Positions 26,149 to 34,416 of a stretch of DNA of 36,491 nt are shown here, piece after piece; within the stretch, counting starts at the first letter, position 1, and each line of letters starts with the position of its first letter. A model generated the notes under the pieces. The model had not been told where the DNA came from, ran no database searches, and saw only the letters and a program-made list of their open reading frames with translations. Source of the DNA: a virus (taxonomy: Duplodnaviria > Caudoviricetes); IMG/VR virus record IMGVR_UViG_3300048998_000331, positions 1 through 36,491 of that record; one strand, given 5' to 3'. The position numbers and the translations under genes were made by a program.

Positions 26149-26325
26149 ATGCCGAACGTCGAGAAGACGCCCCGCCAGACCATCCGCGTCGAGAAGGAGC
26201 TCTGGGCGAAGGCGGGGAAGACGGTCGGCGACCGCAACCGGGGCTCCGTCATCCGCGACTTCCTGCGCTGGCTCACGCATGAGACAGACGACCTTCCGAC
26301 TCGGCCGGAGAAGCCGAAGGGCTGA
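26149..26325 (+). CDS. Ribbon-helix-helix transcriptional regulator, 58 aa (not in ORF track)
   Basis: MPNVEKTPRQTIRVEKELWAKAGKTVGDRNRGSVIRDFLRWLTHETDDLPTRPEKPKG; beta-strand QTIRV then two helices; GGAG RBS; divergent from the operators. Confidence 0.8.
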   Translation: MPNVEKTPRQTIRVEKELWAKAGKTVGDRNRGSVIRDFLRWLTHETDDLPTRPEKPKG

Positions 26326-26935
26326 CCTTCGCGTCCTCCTGGGCCAACCGCAGCGCCGCCCAAGTCCCGGGCGGATACGTCCGCTGGCACCACCGGCACT
26401 TCACCACCCGGCCGCCCGGCGGCAGCCGCAGCACCGACCCGCAGATCGCACCGTTGTCCGCCACGGTCGGGCAGTAGCCCAGCCGCGTCCCCTGCTCGCG
26501 CGGGCCGACCACCGACGTGGCGGACCGGTACAGCTCCCGGATCTCGCCCGCGCAGTCACCCGCCGCCGGCCACGACGAGGCGATCCACAGCCTGTTGACG
26601 TGCAGAGCCTCAGCCGCATCCTTCACCCGCTCGGCGAGCGATGACGCGGGCGCCTGCGGATCCCAATCCAACGCGTCGTACAAGGCGACGTGCCAGCTGG
26701 TGAGCGTCGCGGCGATCTCGGTACGTAGGTCCACCACGTCGAGGTTCAGCGGGGCGGGCGCCTCCACCGGGCGGGCGCCCCGGCCACCGGTACGGGCGGC
26801 GGGCAGCAGGAACTCCTCCAACTGTCCGAACAGGGTCGGTAGCGCGGTCAGGTGCTCGGCCAGGTCCTGGGTGCAGCCAGCGCAGAGGTACGCCGGGGCG
26901 CCGTACACGGGCCGCTGGCACCGGTCGCAGGTCAC
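26273..26935 (-). CDS. Multi-Zn-finger actinophage protein (possible late regulator)
   Basis: CDRC...CAGC N-terminus, APLNLDVVD, C-terminal CP...CG...CRWC. Confidence 0.7.
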   Translation of the reverse strand: MTCDRCQRPVYGAPAYLCAGCTQDLAEHLTALPTLFGQLEEFLLPAARTGGRGARPVEAPAPLNLDVVDLRTEIAATLTSWHVALYDALDWDPQAPASSLAERVKDAAEALHVNRLWIASSWPAAGDCAGEIRELYRSATSVVGPREQGTRLGYCPTVADNGAICGSVLRLPPGGRVVKCRWCQRTYPPGTWAALRLAQEDAKVSPSASPAESEGRLSHA

Positions 26936-27111
26936 GGCCGTTCCGTCTCGGTCAGCGCGGCCGTGCGGGCTTCCAGGGCCTCCATCTCCCGGCGGGCTTC
27001 CCGCAAGTCGCGGCGGGCGTCAAGGTGCCGGCCGAGCAGGTGCACGGCCATGGCGATGTCGATGCCGATGACGATGCCCGCGACGAGCATCAGGAACTGG
27101 TCGGCGGTCAC
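26932..27111 (-). CDS. Small membrane protein
   Basis: GTG overlap; TM FLMLVAGIVIGIDIAMAVHLL plus coiled coil. Confidence 0.6.
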   Translation of the reverse strand: MTADQFLMLVAGIVIGIDIAMAVHLLGRHLDARRDLREARREMEALEARTAALTETERP

Positions 27112-27320
27112 GGCGTGGTCCCTTCGGTGAGCATGCGGTCGATGCCGTCGGCCAGCTCGGGGAAGCCGGTCGCGCGGGCGGTGTCGCGGATCTTCTCCAT
27201 GCCGGCCCGGTCGATGCGGATGTCGGTGCGGCCGAACGCGTCGGTCACCACCGGCGTCTCGATGCCGAGCTGAGTGCAGATGCCGCGGATCAGCGGCAGG
27301 AAGTCGTCGGGCTGGGTCAC
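27108..27320 (-). CDS. Hypothetical protein
   Basis: Coupled 70-aa ORF after GGAGG. Confidence 0.65.
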   Translation of the reverse strand: MTQPDDFLPLIRGICTQLGIETPVVTDAFGRTDIRIDRAGMEKIRDTARATGFPELADGIDRMLTEGTTP

Positions 27321-27568
27321 GCCGCCTCCAGTTCGTGTTCTCCGTAGATTCCAGCTCCCAAGGCTCCGGCGAAGTCGACGCCGTACCAGGGACCGGGGCA
27401 GTCGCGGCCGTCGGTATCGCAGAGGCCGCAGTACGCATCGGTGGAGTGCTGGTCGGTGATGCGGCCGACGGGGATGGAGCCCGGCCAGTCAGCGCGGAGG
27501 CGGTCGCTCCAGCGGACGGTCTGGCCGATGGTGAACGCGAAAGCCGGGACGACGTGCAGGCGGGCCAT
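27317..27568 (-). CDS. Hypothetical SH3-like protein with Cys cluster
   Basis: FTIGQTVRW...CGLC...CPGPWYGVDF...YGEHELE; GGAG RBS. Confidence 0.6.
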   Translation of the reverse strand: MARLHVVPAFAFTIGQTVRWSDRLRADWPGSIPVGRITDQHSTDAYCGLCDTDGRDCPGPWYGVDFAGALGAGIYGEHELEAA

Positions 27569-27599
27569 GGCGGTCTCCGTTCTGTGATGCTGGGGTGGT

Positions 27600-27626
27600 G
27601 CCGGGCCTGATAACGACAGGCCCGGC
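27600..27626. terminator. Intergenic stem-loop
   Basis: GCCGGGCCTG-N7-CAGGCCCGGC. Confidence 0.45.
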
Positions 27627-27643
27627 CGGTCAAGCGGGGAGGT

Positions 27644-28255
27644 TCATCGACGGCCGCCGCGCATGGCGTCGGCGGCGTGGGCGAGCGCGACGTAGGCCAT
27701 GACCGTCGCGGTGGCCGACTTCTTGACCGCGGCCCGGTAGCAGCGCATGCACGGACGGCGGGGGTCGCCGGTGCGCTTGTGCGTGCAGTGCTGATCGACT
27801 CCGCGCCGGAGCTCGGCGAGAGTCTGGCTGGTCTCCTGAAGTTCCTCCGGCGTGGAGTAGGCGATATGGAGGCCGAGCTTGTCGGCCAACCTCTGACCAC
27901 CCGGGGTAAGGGGCGCCTTCACGCTCATCGGCTGCGGGCATTTGGCGGCCAGCTCGGCAAGGACCTGTGTGGACAAGCCGTGGCCACGGAACTCCGGCAC
28001 GACGTAGATCAGCTCGACGGAGTGGCGCCCCATGTCGGCGGCGAAGTACCCGGCGAAGTCGCCGCCCGCGCGCAGGACCATCGTCCGGAGCCAGCCGGCG
28101 GCCGGGACGCCGAGCGCGTGCTCGCCGGTGCGGGCCAGCTCTTCGAGCAGGTAGTCCTGGTGCATCCGGATCAGGGCCCGGACGTGCTCGGCCGAGTGCG
28201 GGTCGAACACCTCACCGGTGATGACCGGGGTGGCCTGGGTGTTGGTGGCGGTCAT
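27644..28255 (-). CDS. GNAT-family acetyltransferase-like protein with C-terminal Cys/His cluster
   Basis: Acetyl-CoA motif A IYVVPEFRGHGLSTQVL, GQRLADKLGL, then CTH...PCMRC; AAGGAG RBS. Confidence 0.7.
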   Translation of the reverse strand: MTATNTQATPVITGEVFDPHSAEHVRALIRMHQDYLLEELARTGEHALGVPAAGWLRTMVLRAGGDFAGYFAADMGRHSVELIYVVPEFRGHGLSTQVLAELAAKCPQPMSVKAPLTPGGQRLADKLGLHIAYSTPEELQETSQTLAELRRGVDQHCTHKRTGDPRRPCMRCYRAAVKKSATATVMAYVALAHAADAMRGGRR

Positions 28256-28338
28256 GACGCTCCTTCGGTTCGTGGTCGGGCGGGGTTGACATAGGAGTTA
28301 TGGGGTAATCGGCGCCAGATGTAGGGGCGGCTTCGGAC

Positions 28339-28794
28339 CTAAAACGGCGGGAGGTCGTTAGCGGCATCAGGCGCGCCGCCCCATCCGCCGGTCTGCGGGG
28401 CTGACTGGGTGCTCCCGCTGCTGCCCTGCCGCGGGTTCTTGGTGACCTTCGCGGTAGCGCGGCTGAGCGCGGGGCCGACCTCGTCGACGTCCAGCTCGTA
28501 GACCGTCCGCTTGACGCCCTCACGGTCCTCGTAGGACCGCTGCTTCAGCCGCCCCTGCACGATGACCCGCATGCCCTTCGTCAGGGACTCGGCGGCGTTC
28601 TCGGCCGCCTGCCGCCACACCGAGCAGGTCAGGAACAGGCCCTCGCCGTCCTTCCACTCGTTGGTCTGCTTGTCGAAGACCCGCGGGGTGGACGCGACGC
28701 GGAACTTGGCCACCGCCGCACCGGACGGAGTGAAGCGCAGCTCGGGGTCGTCGACCAGATTGCCGACGATGGTGATCACGGTCTCGCCTGCCAT
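28339..28794 (-). CDS. ssb: Single-stranded DNA-binding protein
   Basis: [29 protein letters not shown]... actinobacterial SSB with DLPPF tail; AGGAGG RBS. Confidence 0.97.
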   Translation of the reverse strand: MAGETVITIVGNLVDDPELRFTPSGAAVAKFRVASTPRVFDKQTNEWKDGEGLFLTCSVWRQAAENAAESLTKGMRVIVQGRLKQRSYEDREGVKRTVYELDVDEVGPALSRATAKVTKNPRQGSSGSTQSAPQTGGWGGAPDAANDLPPF

Positions 28795-28831
28795 GGGATT
28801 GCCTCCTGGGTTGTGGTTCGGGTGGTTGTGC

Positions 28832-31633
28832 TCAGGCCGCGTAGGACTCGTCGGGCTCGTCCAGGGGCGCATCCCAGAGGCCATCGCCATCGGCGGGCGG
28901 TGGCGCGGGGGGTTCGGGCGCGGGGGACGCTGCTGCCTGGGGCGTTGCTTGGCCCGAAGTGTGTGCGTCACCCCCGTGGGTGTCTCCTGATGAGCCCTCT
29001 TCTTGGTCCACCTCCTCTCTTTTTTGGGGAGATGGGGTTTTAGAACCAACATCTCGTGCCATGGGCTGACCTTCGCTTTCGTTTTCGCGCTCGGCGCGGA
29101 CCTGGGCCTTGAGCACACGCATGACGAGGTCGCTCTCGTCGCCCAGTGCCCACGGCTTGGCGCTGGGGAAAGCCGAGTCCTCGGACTGCTCCTCCTCGTC
29201 GCCGAGGAGGCAATGAGTCAGCTCAACGACCTCCATCTCTTCCAGCGCCCGGCGCGCTACGTGCCGGTGAAGACCGGTGCGCCGCCGGATCTCGGAGACT
29301 GTCAGCGGCTCCCCGTTGGCCAGTTGGTACAGGCACGCGAGACGGGCCTGCGGAACGGTGTCCAGGGCGGCCCGTCCGGCGAGTACCAGCGCCTGCCGCC
29401 GGGGCACGCCGATGGCGAGCAGCGACTTGGCGAGGGCGACGACCTGGCCGGTGATGCGGGCCGGTTCTTCGACGATCGGGATGCCGTCGATCTCCCGCTT
29501 GCCGTAGGCGTTGCGGGGGACGGCGGCCCGGCCGAGACAGGTGAGCATCGCGGCATCTTCGAGCTGGTCGTACATGTCGTCGTCGAGTTCGACGTCGCGC
29601 ACGCGCCGCCGTGCCGCCTGCACGAGAGCGGTGGCCCGCCGCTTGGCTTCGGTCTGGAGGTCGTCCAGGCCGGCGATGGTGCGCCGTTTGCGGACGGTGG
29701 CCTTTTTGTGGGCGTTGTCGGTTTCCGGCAGGCGGTAGTACAGCCAGCGCGGGCCGAGGGCGTCGGCGTGGGAGGAGAAGTTATCGATGGCCGGGGTGAC
29801 GGCCGCCAGCAGGGTAAGGCGACCGGTCCAGGTGAGGGGGCGGGGTGAGTTGCCGACTTCGCGGACCACGTGCCCGTCGTAGGCGCGGCGTAGCAGGGCG
29901 AAGAGGGTGTCACGGCCGCCGCGGTCGGAGGTGGCGAGGACTGTGGAGAAGTCGCTGATGGTGACGAATGCGCGGCTGGGGATGCGAGTCAGGATGCCGG
30001 CGGGCCGCGGGTTCTTGCCGGGCATCCACGAGAGCAGGGCGGGGCCGGTGATGTCGTCGACGTGCTCGTCGGCGATGGTGTCTAGGCACTTGATCGCTTC
30101 GGTCTTGCCGCCGGACGGCGGGCCGACGATCATGCCCCAGAGCGGGTCTCCGTCCAGTTCGGAGGACACAGCCACGGCGAGGGCGAACATGATGTGTCCG
30201 TCGTCGGTGAGGTGGACGTAAGTCTTGAGCTGATCGAGGAAGGCTTGCCGCAGGGTGGCGATCGGGTCGGTCGGCTCTTCGGGCCCGTCCTGGTCCGGTT
30301 GAGCCTCCTCCTTGGGCGGTTCCTCCTCCTTCGACTTCATGCCTGCGTCCAGCAGTGCCTGGCGTGCTGCGGCCTGGTCCTCGGGCGTGAGCAGGTCTTC
30401 GAACCCGCTCCGGTTGCTTGGCCCACTCGCAGCGCGGACCGCCTCCAGCACGGCGGCGGGAAGTGCGCGGGCTGCTGACGTCGCATCGAGACGGTCGTGG
30501 GCAGCGCGCAGGATGTCCTTGGCCGCTTCGGATTCGTCTCCCCGGTGGTGGAGCGCGGCGAAGAGCTGCCCGGGAGACAGGACGCGACCGACCGACCCCG
30601 GGTCGAATCCGGGGAAGTTGTCGGTGCGCACGGTGATCGCGGCACCGCCCTTGTGGACGGCGATGCCATCGATCGAATTGCCTACAGCCCAGCCGGGCCG
30701 GTTCCACCGCTGACAGTCGGGGCCGCAGTACGAGCAGTTGCCGGGGTGCTGCTCGCTGTATGTGGCGCCGGCGAACGCGATGATCTCGCCAGCGCATTCG
30801 TGCTCGCCGAGGATCTGGAACGGGCCGACACCCGAGTGAATCGGCGTACCGCCGGACGTCTTGCTGCCGGGCTTGGCAGCCGACTTGGGCGCGGCGGCCT
30901 TCCTCGGCTTCGGCTTCGGCTTGAGGTCGGTGGCCAGCTGCAGCATTTCGTCCAGCGTGTACCGCGGGCCGCCATCCTCGACGACACGGCACATGGTGGG
31001 TACGCGGCCGGGCTTCCGGTTGATCGTCCAAGGCGCGCGCAGTACCCGTGCCAGGTCCTTGACGCCTGTTCCGTACCCTAGGCCCATGGACTTGGCGCCT
31101 TGCGCGAGGATGTTCTGCCAGTCCGCAGGGAGCATCACGGCCGCGTCGAAGTCGATGTCCTCGCCGATGACGATCGGCCGGTCGAATTCCCAAGAGACGT
31201 AGAGCCCGGCGCCGGAGTCCTCGACTCGCGTCGGCTCGGGCAGCTTCGCGAACCGCGGGATGTCGCGGGCTTCTCCGGCGGTCTCGGGCAGATCCGTGGC
31301 GCTGTGGAGCTTGTTGTCGTAGTCGATGTCGGACCACATGCCGACCAGGGCGCGGGAGTCGCGCGCGGTGCCTCGGCTTTTGCCGGGAAATCGCGAGGTG
31401 ACCGTGGTGACCCGGCAGTAGATCCCCTCAACTCCGGCCCGGTCTTCGGCCATGATCCAGTCGACGGCCTCATCAAGGTCGTCGGTCTGGATGCCGGTCC
31501 AGTTGCGGGTGGAGCAGATGGAGACCAGGCCGGGCGCCGCGAAGCGCGGGGTGAGCCATGACCGGATGGCGTCCGCGTCTGCCGTCAGCGGATCGGGGGT
31601 GTCGTTCACGAACGGTGGCTCATCTCTGTCCAT
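28832..31633 (-). CDS. Replication protein: RepB/AEP-type primase, Cys-rich linker, AAA+ helicase-like domain and winged helix
   Basis: [27 protein letters not shown] primase motifs; CSYCGPDC; Walker A GPPSGGKT; C-terminal [23 protein letters not shown]. Confidence 0.8.
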   Translation of the reverse strand: MDRDEPPFVNDTPDPLTADADAIRSWLTPRFAAPGLVSICSTRNWTGIQTDDLDEAVDWIMAEDRAGVEGIYCRVTTVTSRFPGKSRGTARDSRALVGMWSDIDYDNKLHSATDLPETAGEARDIPRFAKLPEPTRVEDSGAGLYVSWEFDRPIVIGEDIDFDAAVMLPADWQNILAQGAKSMGLGYGTGVKDLARVLRAPWTINRKPGRVPTMCRVVEDGGPRYTLDEMLQLATDLKPKPKPRKAAAPKSAAKPGSKTSGGTPIHSGVGPFQILGEHECAGEIIAFAGATYSEQHPGNCSYCGPDCQRWNRPGWAVGNSIDGIAVHKGGAAITVRTDNFPGFDPGSVGRVLSPGQLFAALHHRGDESEAAKDILRAAHDRLDATSAARALPAAVLEAVRAASGPSNRSGFEDLLTPEDQAAARQALLDAGMKSKEEEPPKEEAQPDQDGPEEPTDPIATLRQAFLDQLKTYVHLTDDGHIMFALAVAVSSELDGDPLWGMIVGPPSGGKTEAIKCLDTIADEHVDDITGPALLSWMPGKNPRPAGILTRIPSRAFVTISDFSTVLATSDRGGRDTLFALLRRAYDGHVVREVGNSPRPLTWTGRLTLLAAVTPAIDNFSSHADALGPRWLYYRLPETDNAHKKATVRKRRTIAGLDDLQTEAKRRATALVQAARRRVRDVELDDDMYDQLEDAAMLTCLGRAAVPRNAYGKREIDGIPIVEEPARITGQVVALAKSLLAIGVPRRQALVLAGRAALDTVPQARLACLYQLANGEPLTVSEIRRRTGLHRHVARRALEEMEVVELTHCLLGDEEEQSEDSAFPSAKPWALGDESDLVMRVLKAQVRAERENESEGQPMARDVGSKTPSPQKREEVDQEEGSSGDTHGGDAHTSGQATPQAAASPAPEPPAPPPADGDGLWDAPLDEPDESYAA

Positions 31634-31714
31634 GCCGGTGGTGGTCGTTCGTGGTGCACGCGGGACCCGGCGCCGGGGGGTGGCAGACCGGGTCCCGCGT
31701 GGCTTTCGCGCGGC

Positions 31715-32041
31715 CTAGCCGGTGCGTTGCCGGCGGGCGCGGATGATGGCGGCCGTCAGAGCGGCGTGGGTCTCGGCGACGCCCTGCCAGTAGGTTCCGG
31801 CGATCTCGATCTCGGCGGCGTCCCGGACAGCCCCGGCGATCTTGTCGGCGTCCCACGGTGAGCAGTGCTCGGCGTCGCCGATGTTGATCCGTACGACCGA
31901 GCCGGCGGGGCAGTACGGCAAGCCGCCGTACTCCATCGTGGGCTGCGGGGTGACGACGCTGCCGTGATCAGCGCGCAGTTGCATGGTGACGACGGCGCGC
32001 AGCGCAGGGCCGGTGGTTCGGATCGGCAAGGGCCCGGTCAC
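31715..32041 (-). CDS. Hypothetical protein
   Basis: GTGA-coupled 108-aa ORF. Confidence 0.6.
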   Translation of the reverse strand: MTGPLPIRTTGPALRAVVTMQLRADHGSVVTPQPTMEYGGLPYCPAGSVVRINIGDAEHCSPWDADKIAGAVRDAAEIEIAGTYWQGVAETHAALTAAIIRARRQRTG

Positions 32042-32484
32042 TGGTTGCCCCCATTGGTGGCCATGTGCAGGCGGTGCCGGATGAGGGCCAGTTCGTCGAG
32101 GACGTTGGACAAGCAGGACGCGTACACCCCGTTGACCTTGGTGTCATCGCCGATGGGCCGCACCGTGTTGAGCGCGACGTGCAGCAGGTACTCGTCGTCG
32201 GCCTGCAGGTAGGTCTTCACCTCGGCCGCCGCCTGGTCGAGCTGCTGAGCGCGCTCTTCCTCGTTCAGCTGCGAGTGATAGGCGTGCCACAGCTGCGGCA
32301 GTGCCAGCGCCCGCTGCACGGGGGTGAGCTGCTGCCAGGCGTGTTCGCCGGGCTTGGTGATCTCGTAGCCCTCGGGGTGGCGGCGCCGCATCTCAGCTAC
32401 GGACTCTTGGAACTGGGCGTACCAGCCGGCGCCGTGTTCGATGTCGTCGGCGATGTCCGCGAGGGTGCGCTCGTCGTCGGTCAT
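32038..32484 (-). CDS. Hypothetical protein
   Basis: ATG at 32484 overlapping upstream stop (MTDDERTLADIADD). Confidence 0.65.
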   Translation of the reverse strand: MTDDERTLADIADDIEHGAGWYAQFQESVAEMRRRHPEGYEITKPGEHAWQQLTPVQRALALPQLWHAYHSQLNEEERAQQLDQAAAEVKTYLQADDEYLLHVALNTVRPIGDDTKVNGVYASCLSNVLDELALIRHRLHMATNGGNQ

Positions 32485-33011
32485 CGGGCGGCCTGGAGGG
32501 CGGCGTGTTCGCGGGTGATGGTCCGGGAGATGCAGGCGACCGCGGCGAACGGGTCGGCGGCGCCGATGACGGTCTGCTCGACCAGGTCCCAGAACTCGAT
32601 GGTCTCGGGGCGGTAGTCGCCGCGGCGGTACTCGGCGATGCCGCGGAGCGCCTGGTACACGTCCGGGGTGTACTCGATGCACTCGCCGGTGAACATGCGG
32701 AGGAATCCGTCGACGGTCTCGCGGCTGGTCTGCGCCGGGTCCCAGGTGATGACGTGCTGAACGCCTTGGTTGTCGAGTTTGCGGTGGAGGATGACGGCGC
32801 CCTCGGGCATGGCGGCCTCGCACACGACGACGCGGTCCCAGGTGGCCCGCTCCTGAGCGGTGAGGGCGGTGGCGCTGGCGAGGCTGGCCATGCGTCGCAG
32901 GTCGGGATCGGTGGCGCGGGCGTCCGCGTCGGAGATCCAGCCTGCGACCTCGGCGAGGGTCACGCGGTCGGCGTTGGCGGCCGGCGTCTTGGTGGTCGTG
33001 GTGGTGGTCAT
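32481..33011 (-). CDS. Hypothetical protein
   Basis: ATG at 33011 overlapping upstream stop (MTTTTTTKTP); GC3-rich codons. Confidence 0.65.
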   Translation of the reverse strand: MTTTTTTKTPAANADRVTLAEVAGWISDADARATDPDLRRMASLASATALTAQERATWDRVVVCEAAMPEGAVILHRKLDNQGVQHVITWDPAQTSRETVDGFLRMFTGECIEYTPDVYQALRGIAEYRRGDYRPETIEFWDLVEQTVIGAADPFAAVACISRTITREHAALQAAR

Positions 33012-33229
33012 ACCGTCACCTGCTCGGCGTTGATCAGGTCGAGGACCTTGCGGGCGGCGCCGGACGGGTCGCCCGCGTCGATGACGAACCGGGTGATCTT
33101 CCGCAGGGCCTCGGCCTGCCCTGCGGTGACGCCGTGCTGGGTGATGCACGCCGCGACGCGGCCGAAGAGGGCGCCGGTGCTCTGATCGTTGGGCGACGCC
33201 ATGGGCGCCGCGGGCTCTACGATGTTCAT
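33008..33229 (-). CDS. Hypothetical protein
   Basis: MNIVEPAAP... 73 aa; coupled to downstream gene. Confidence 0.6.
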   Translation of the reverse strand: MNIVEPAAPMASPNDQSTGALFGRVAACITQHGVTAGQAEALRKITRFVIDAGDPSGAARKVLDLINAEQVTV

Positions 33230-33251
33230 GAGATGTGCGGCTTTCTGCTGG

Positions 33252-33548
33252 TCAGACGGTTGAGTCGTGCGTCTCGGCAAGTGGGGTCGGTGTTCCAGCA
33301 CCGGCCCCATCGCCGTTGTCCTCGCCGATGGCGCGGAGGATCGCGGAGCGGAGAACCTTGCGGCTGCGGCCGACGGTGAACGTCGGTACGGGCAGGGCGT
33401 CCTCGGCGAGCAGCCGGTAGTACGTGGCTGGGCTGATCTCCCAGACCGCGCAGATCGTGGGCTGCGCCGGACACACCGCGGGCAGGTTGTTGATCTCCGC
33501 CGGGGTGAGCGTGCGGCGGACCACCTCGGCGGCTGAGGCCGTGATCAC
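33252..33548 (-). CDS. Excisionase-like HTH protein
   Basis: EINNLPAV...WEISPATYYRL...LPVPTFTVGRSRKVLRSAIL, Xis/HTH_17-like; second early gene. Confidence 0.7.
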   Translation of the reverse strand: MITASAAEVVRRTLTPAEINNLPAVCPAQPTICAVWEISPATYYRLLAEDALPVPTFTVGRSRKVLRSAILRAIGEDNGDGAGAGTPTPLAETHDSTV

Positions 33549-33790
33549 GCGGACTCCTTGGCCGGCTCTGCGGCCTGCTCCTCGCGCTCGATCAGCTCGT
33601 CCACATCGATCCCGTAGGTGTTCGCGAGGGTGAGCAGCGAGTCGATTGAGGGCTTGGTCTTGCCGCTGTGCAGGCGAGAGAGCGTCGACTCGGCGATGCC
33701 GGTGCGCTTGTGGACGGCGTAGCTGGTGGAGTCGCCCTTGGCCTCGGCCGCCTCGCGGAGCCGGTCACTCCGCAGTCGGTAGGTGGTCAT
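33545..33790 (-). CDS. Cro-like XRE HTH regulator
   Basis: ATG at 33790 after AAGGAG; AVHKRTGIAESTLSRLHSGKTKPSIDSLLTLA. Confidence 0.85.
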   Translation of the reverse strand: MTTYRLRSDRLREAAEAKGDSTSYAVHKRTGIAESTLSRLHSGKTKPSIDSLLTLANTYGIDVDELIEREEQAAEPAKESA

Positions 33791-33799
33791 GCATGTCTC

Positions 33800-33966
33800 C
33801 TTGCTAGGTAGGAAGCTGAACGTCCCTACGAGGAAGGACGCTAACACCGACTTAGCGTGCATGCAAGGAAGCTGTTGCCCGGGCGCGCCCCCCGCGCTCC
33901 AGAAAACAGCTTGGATGCGCCTACGTCCTCTCGCGGAAGTACTTGCGTGCTTGCTAGCGTGGAAGC
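33800..33966. promoter_or_regulatory. Lysis/lysogeny switch: divergent promoters and quasi-palindromic operators
   Basis: Leftward TTGCAT-17 bp-TAGCGT with extended TG (33866-33838); rightward -10 TAGCGT (33955-33960) 6 nt before repressor ATG; CTTGCTAGnnnGGAAGC at 33800 and 33950, related copy near 33856. Confidence 0.7.
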
Positions 33967-34416
33967 ATGACCGATGAAGATGAGCCCGGCCCCACCCAGG
34001 CGCAGAAGTTCGGCCAGTACACCTCCGCGGCAGCCCGGGAGGCTGGCTACGACATCGACTCCCCGCGTGGCGGAGGCAAGAAGGCGCTCGCCGAAGCTGC
34101 CGGCATGTCGGCGGCAAGCGTTAGCCGGATGCTGGCCGGGATCACCATCCCGATGCCCCGGTACTTCGGCCCGCTCGCGCGTGCCCTTCACCGGCCACTG
34201 CGCGAGATCATGATCGAGTCCGGCTCGGCCGACGCGGATCTCATCGACTCGGCGGCGGCTGCCCTATTTACGCCGCAGCATCTGACGCCGGAGGGGGCGG
34301 CCGCAGCATTGGGAATCACGAGGCCGGAGAATGTGGAGGTCTTCGTCGCCCTAGTGGAGAACTTCCAGAAGCAGGAAGACAGCCCAAAAGGTAGATCGTC
34401 CAGGGGAGTCGCATGA
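33967..34416 (+). CDS. Immunity repressor (XRE HTH)
   Basis: GGKKALAEAAGMSAASVSRMLAG; divergent from cro, upstream of integrase. Confidence 0.85.
   Translation: MTDEDEPGPTQAQKFGQYTSAAAREAGYDIDSPRGGGKKALAEAAGMSAASVSRMLAGITIPMPRYFGPLARALHRPLREIMIESGSADADLIDSAAAALFTPQHLTPEGAAAALGITRPENVEVFVALVENFQKQEDSPKGRSSRGVA

Larger units (their letters stand above)
19430..26325. mobile_element. Embedded Streptomyces plasmid/AICE-type transfer-and-spread module
   Basis: TraB-like translocase, Spd-like membrane proteins, small Zn-finger and hypothetical genes, divergent RHH regulator with operators. Confidence 0.75.

Noticed and set aside
28286-28310. Perfect TTGACA on + strand between the GNAT gene and ssb
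   Set aside because: No TANNNT at 16-18 bp spacing and no credible downstream plus-strand gene; cannot be supported as a promoter.
327-33900. Many long plus-strand ORFs in the track (e.g. 6864-8921, 13314-15368, 8246-9802, 22926-24257)
   Set aside because: Antisense shadows of GC3-rich minus-strand genes with no recognisable motifs; only the RHH gene at 26149-26325 is accepted on + in this span.
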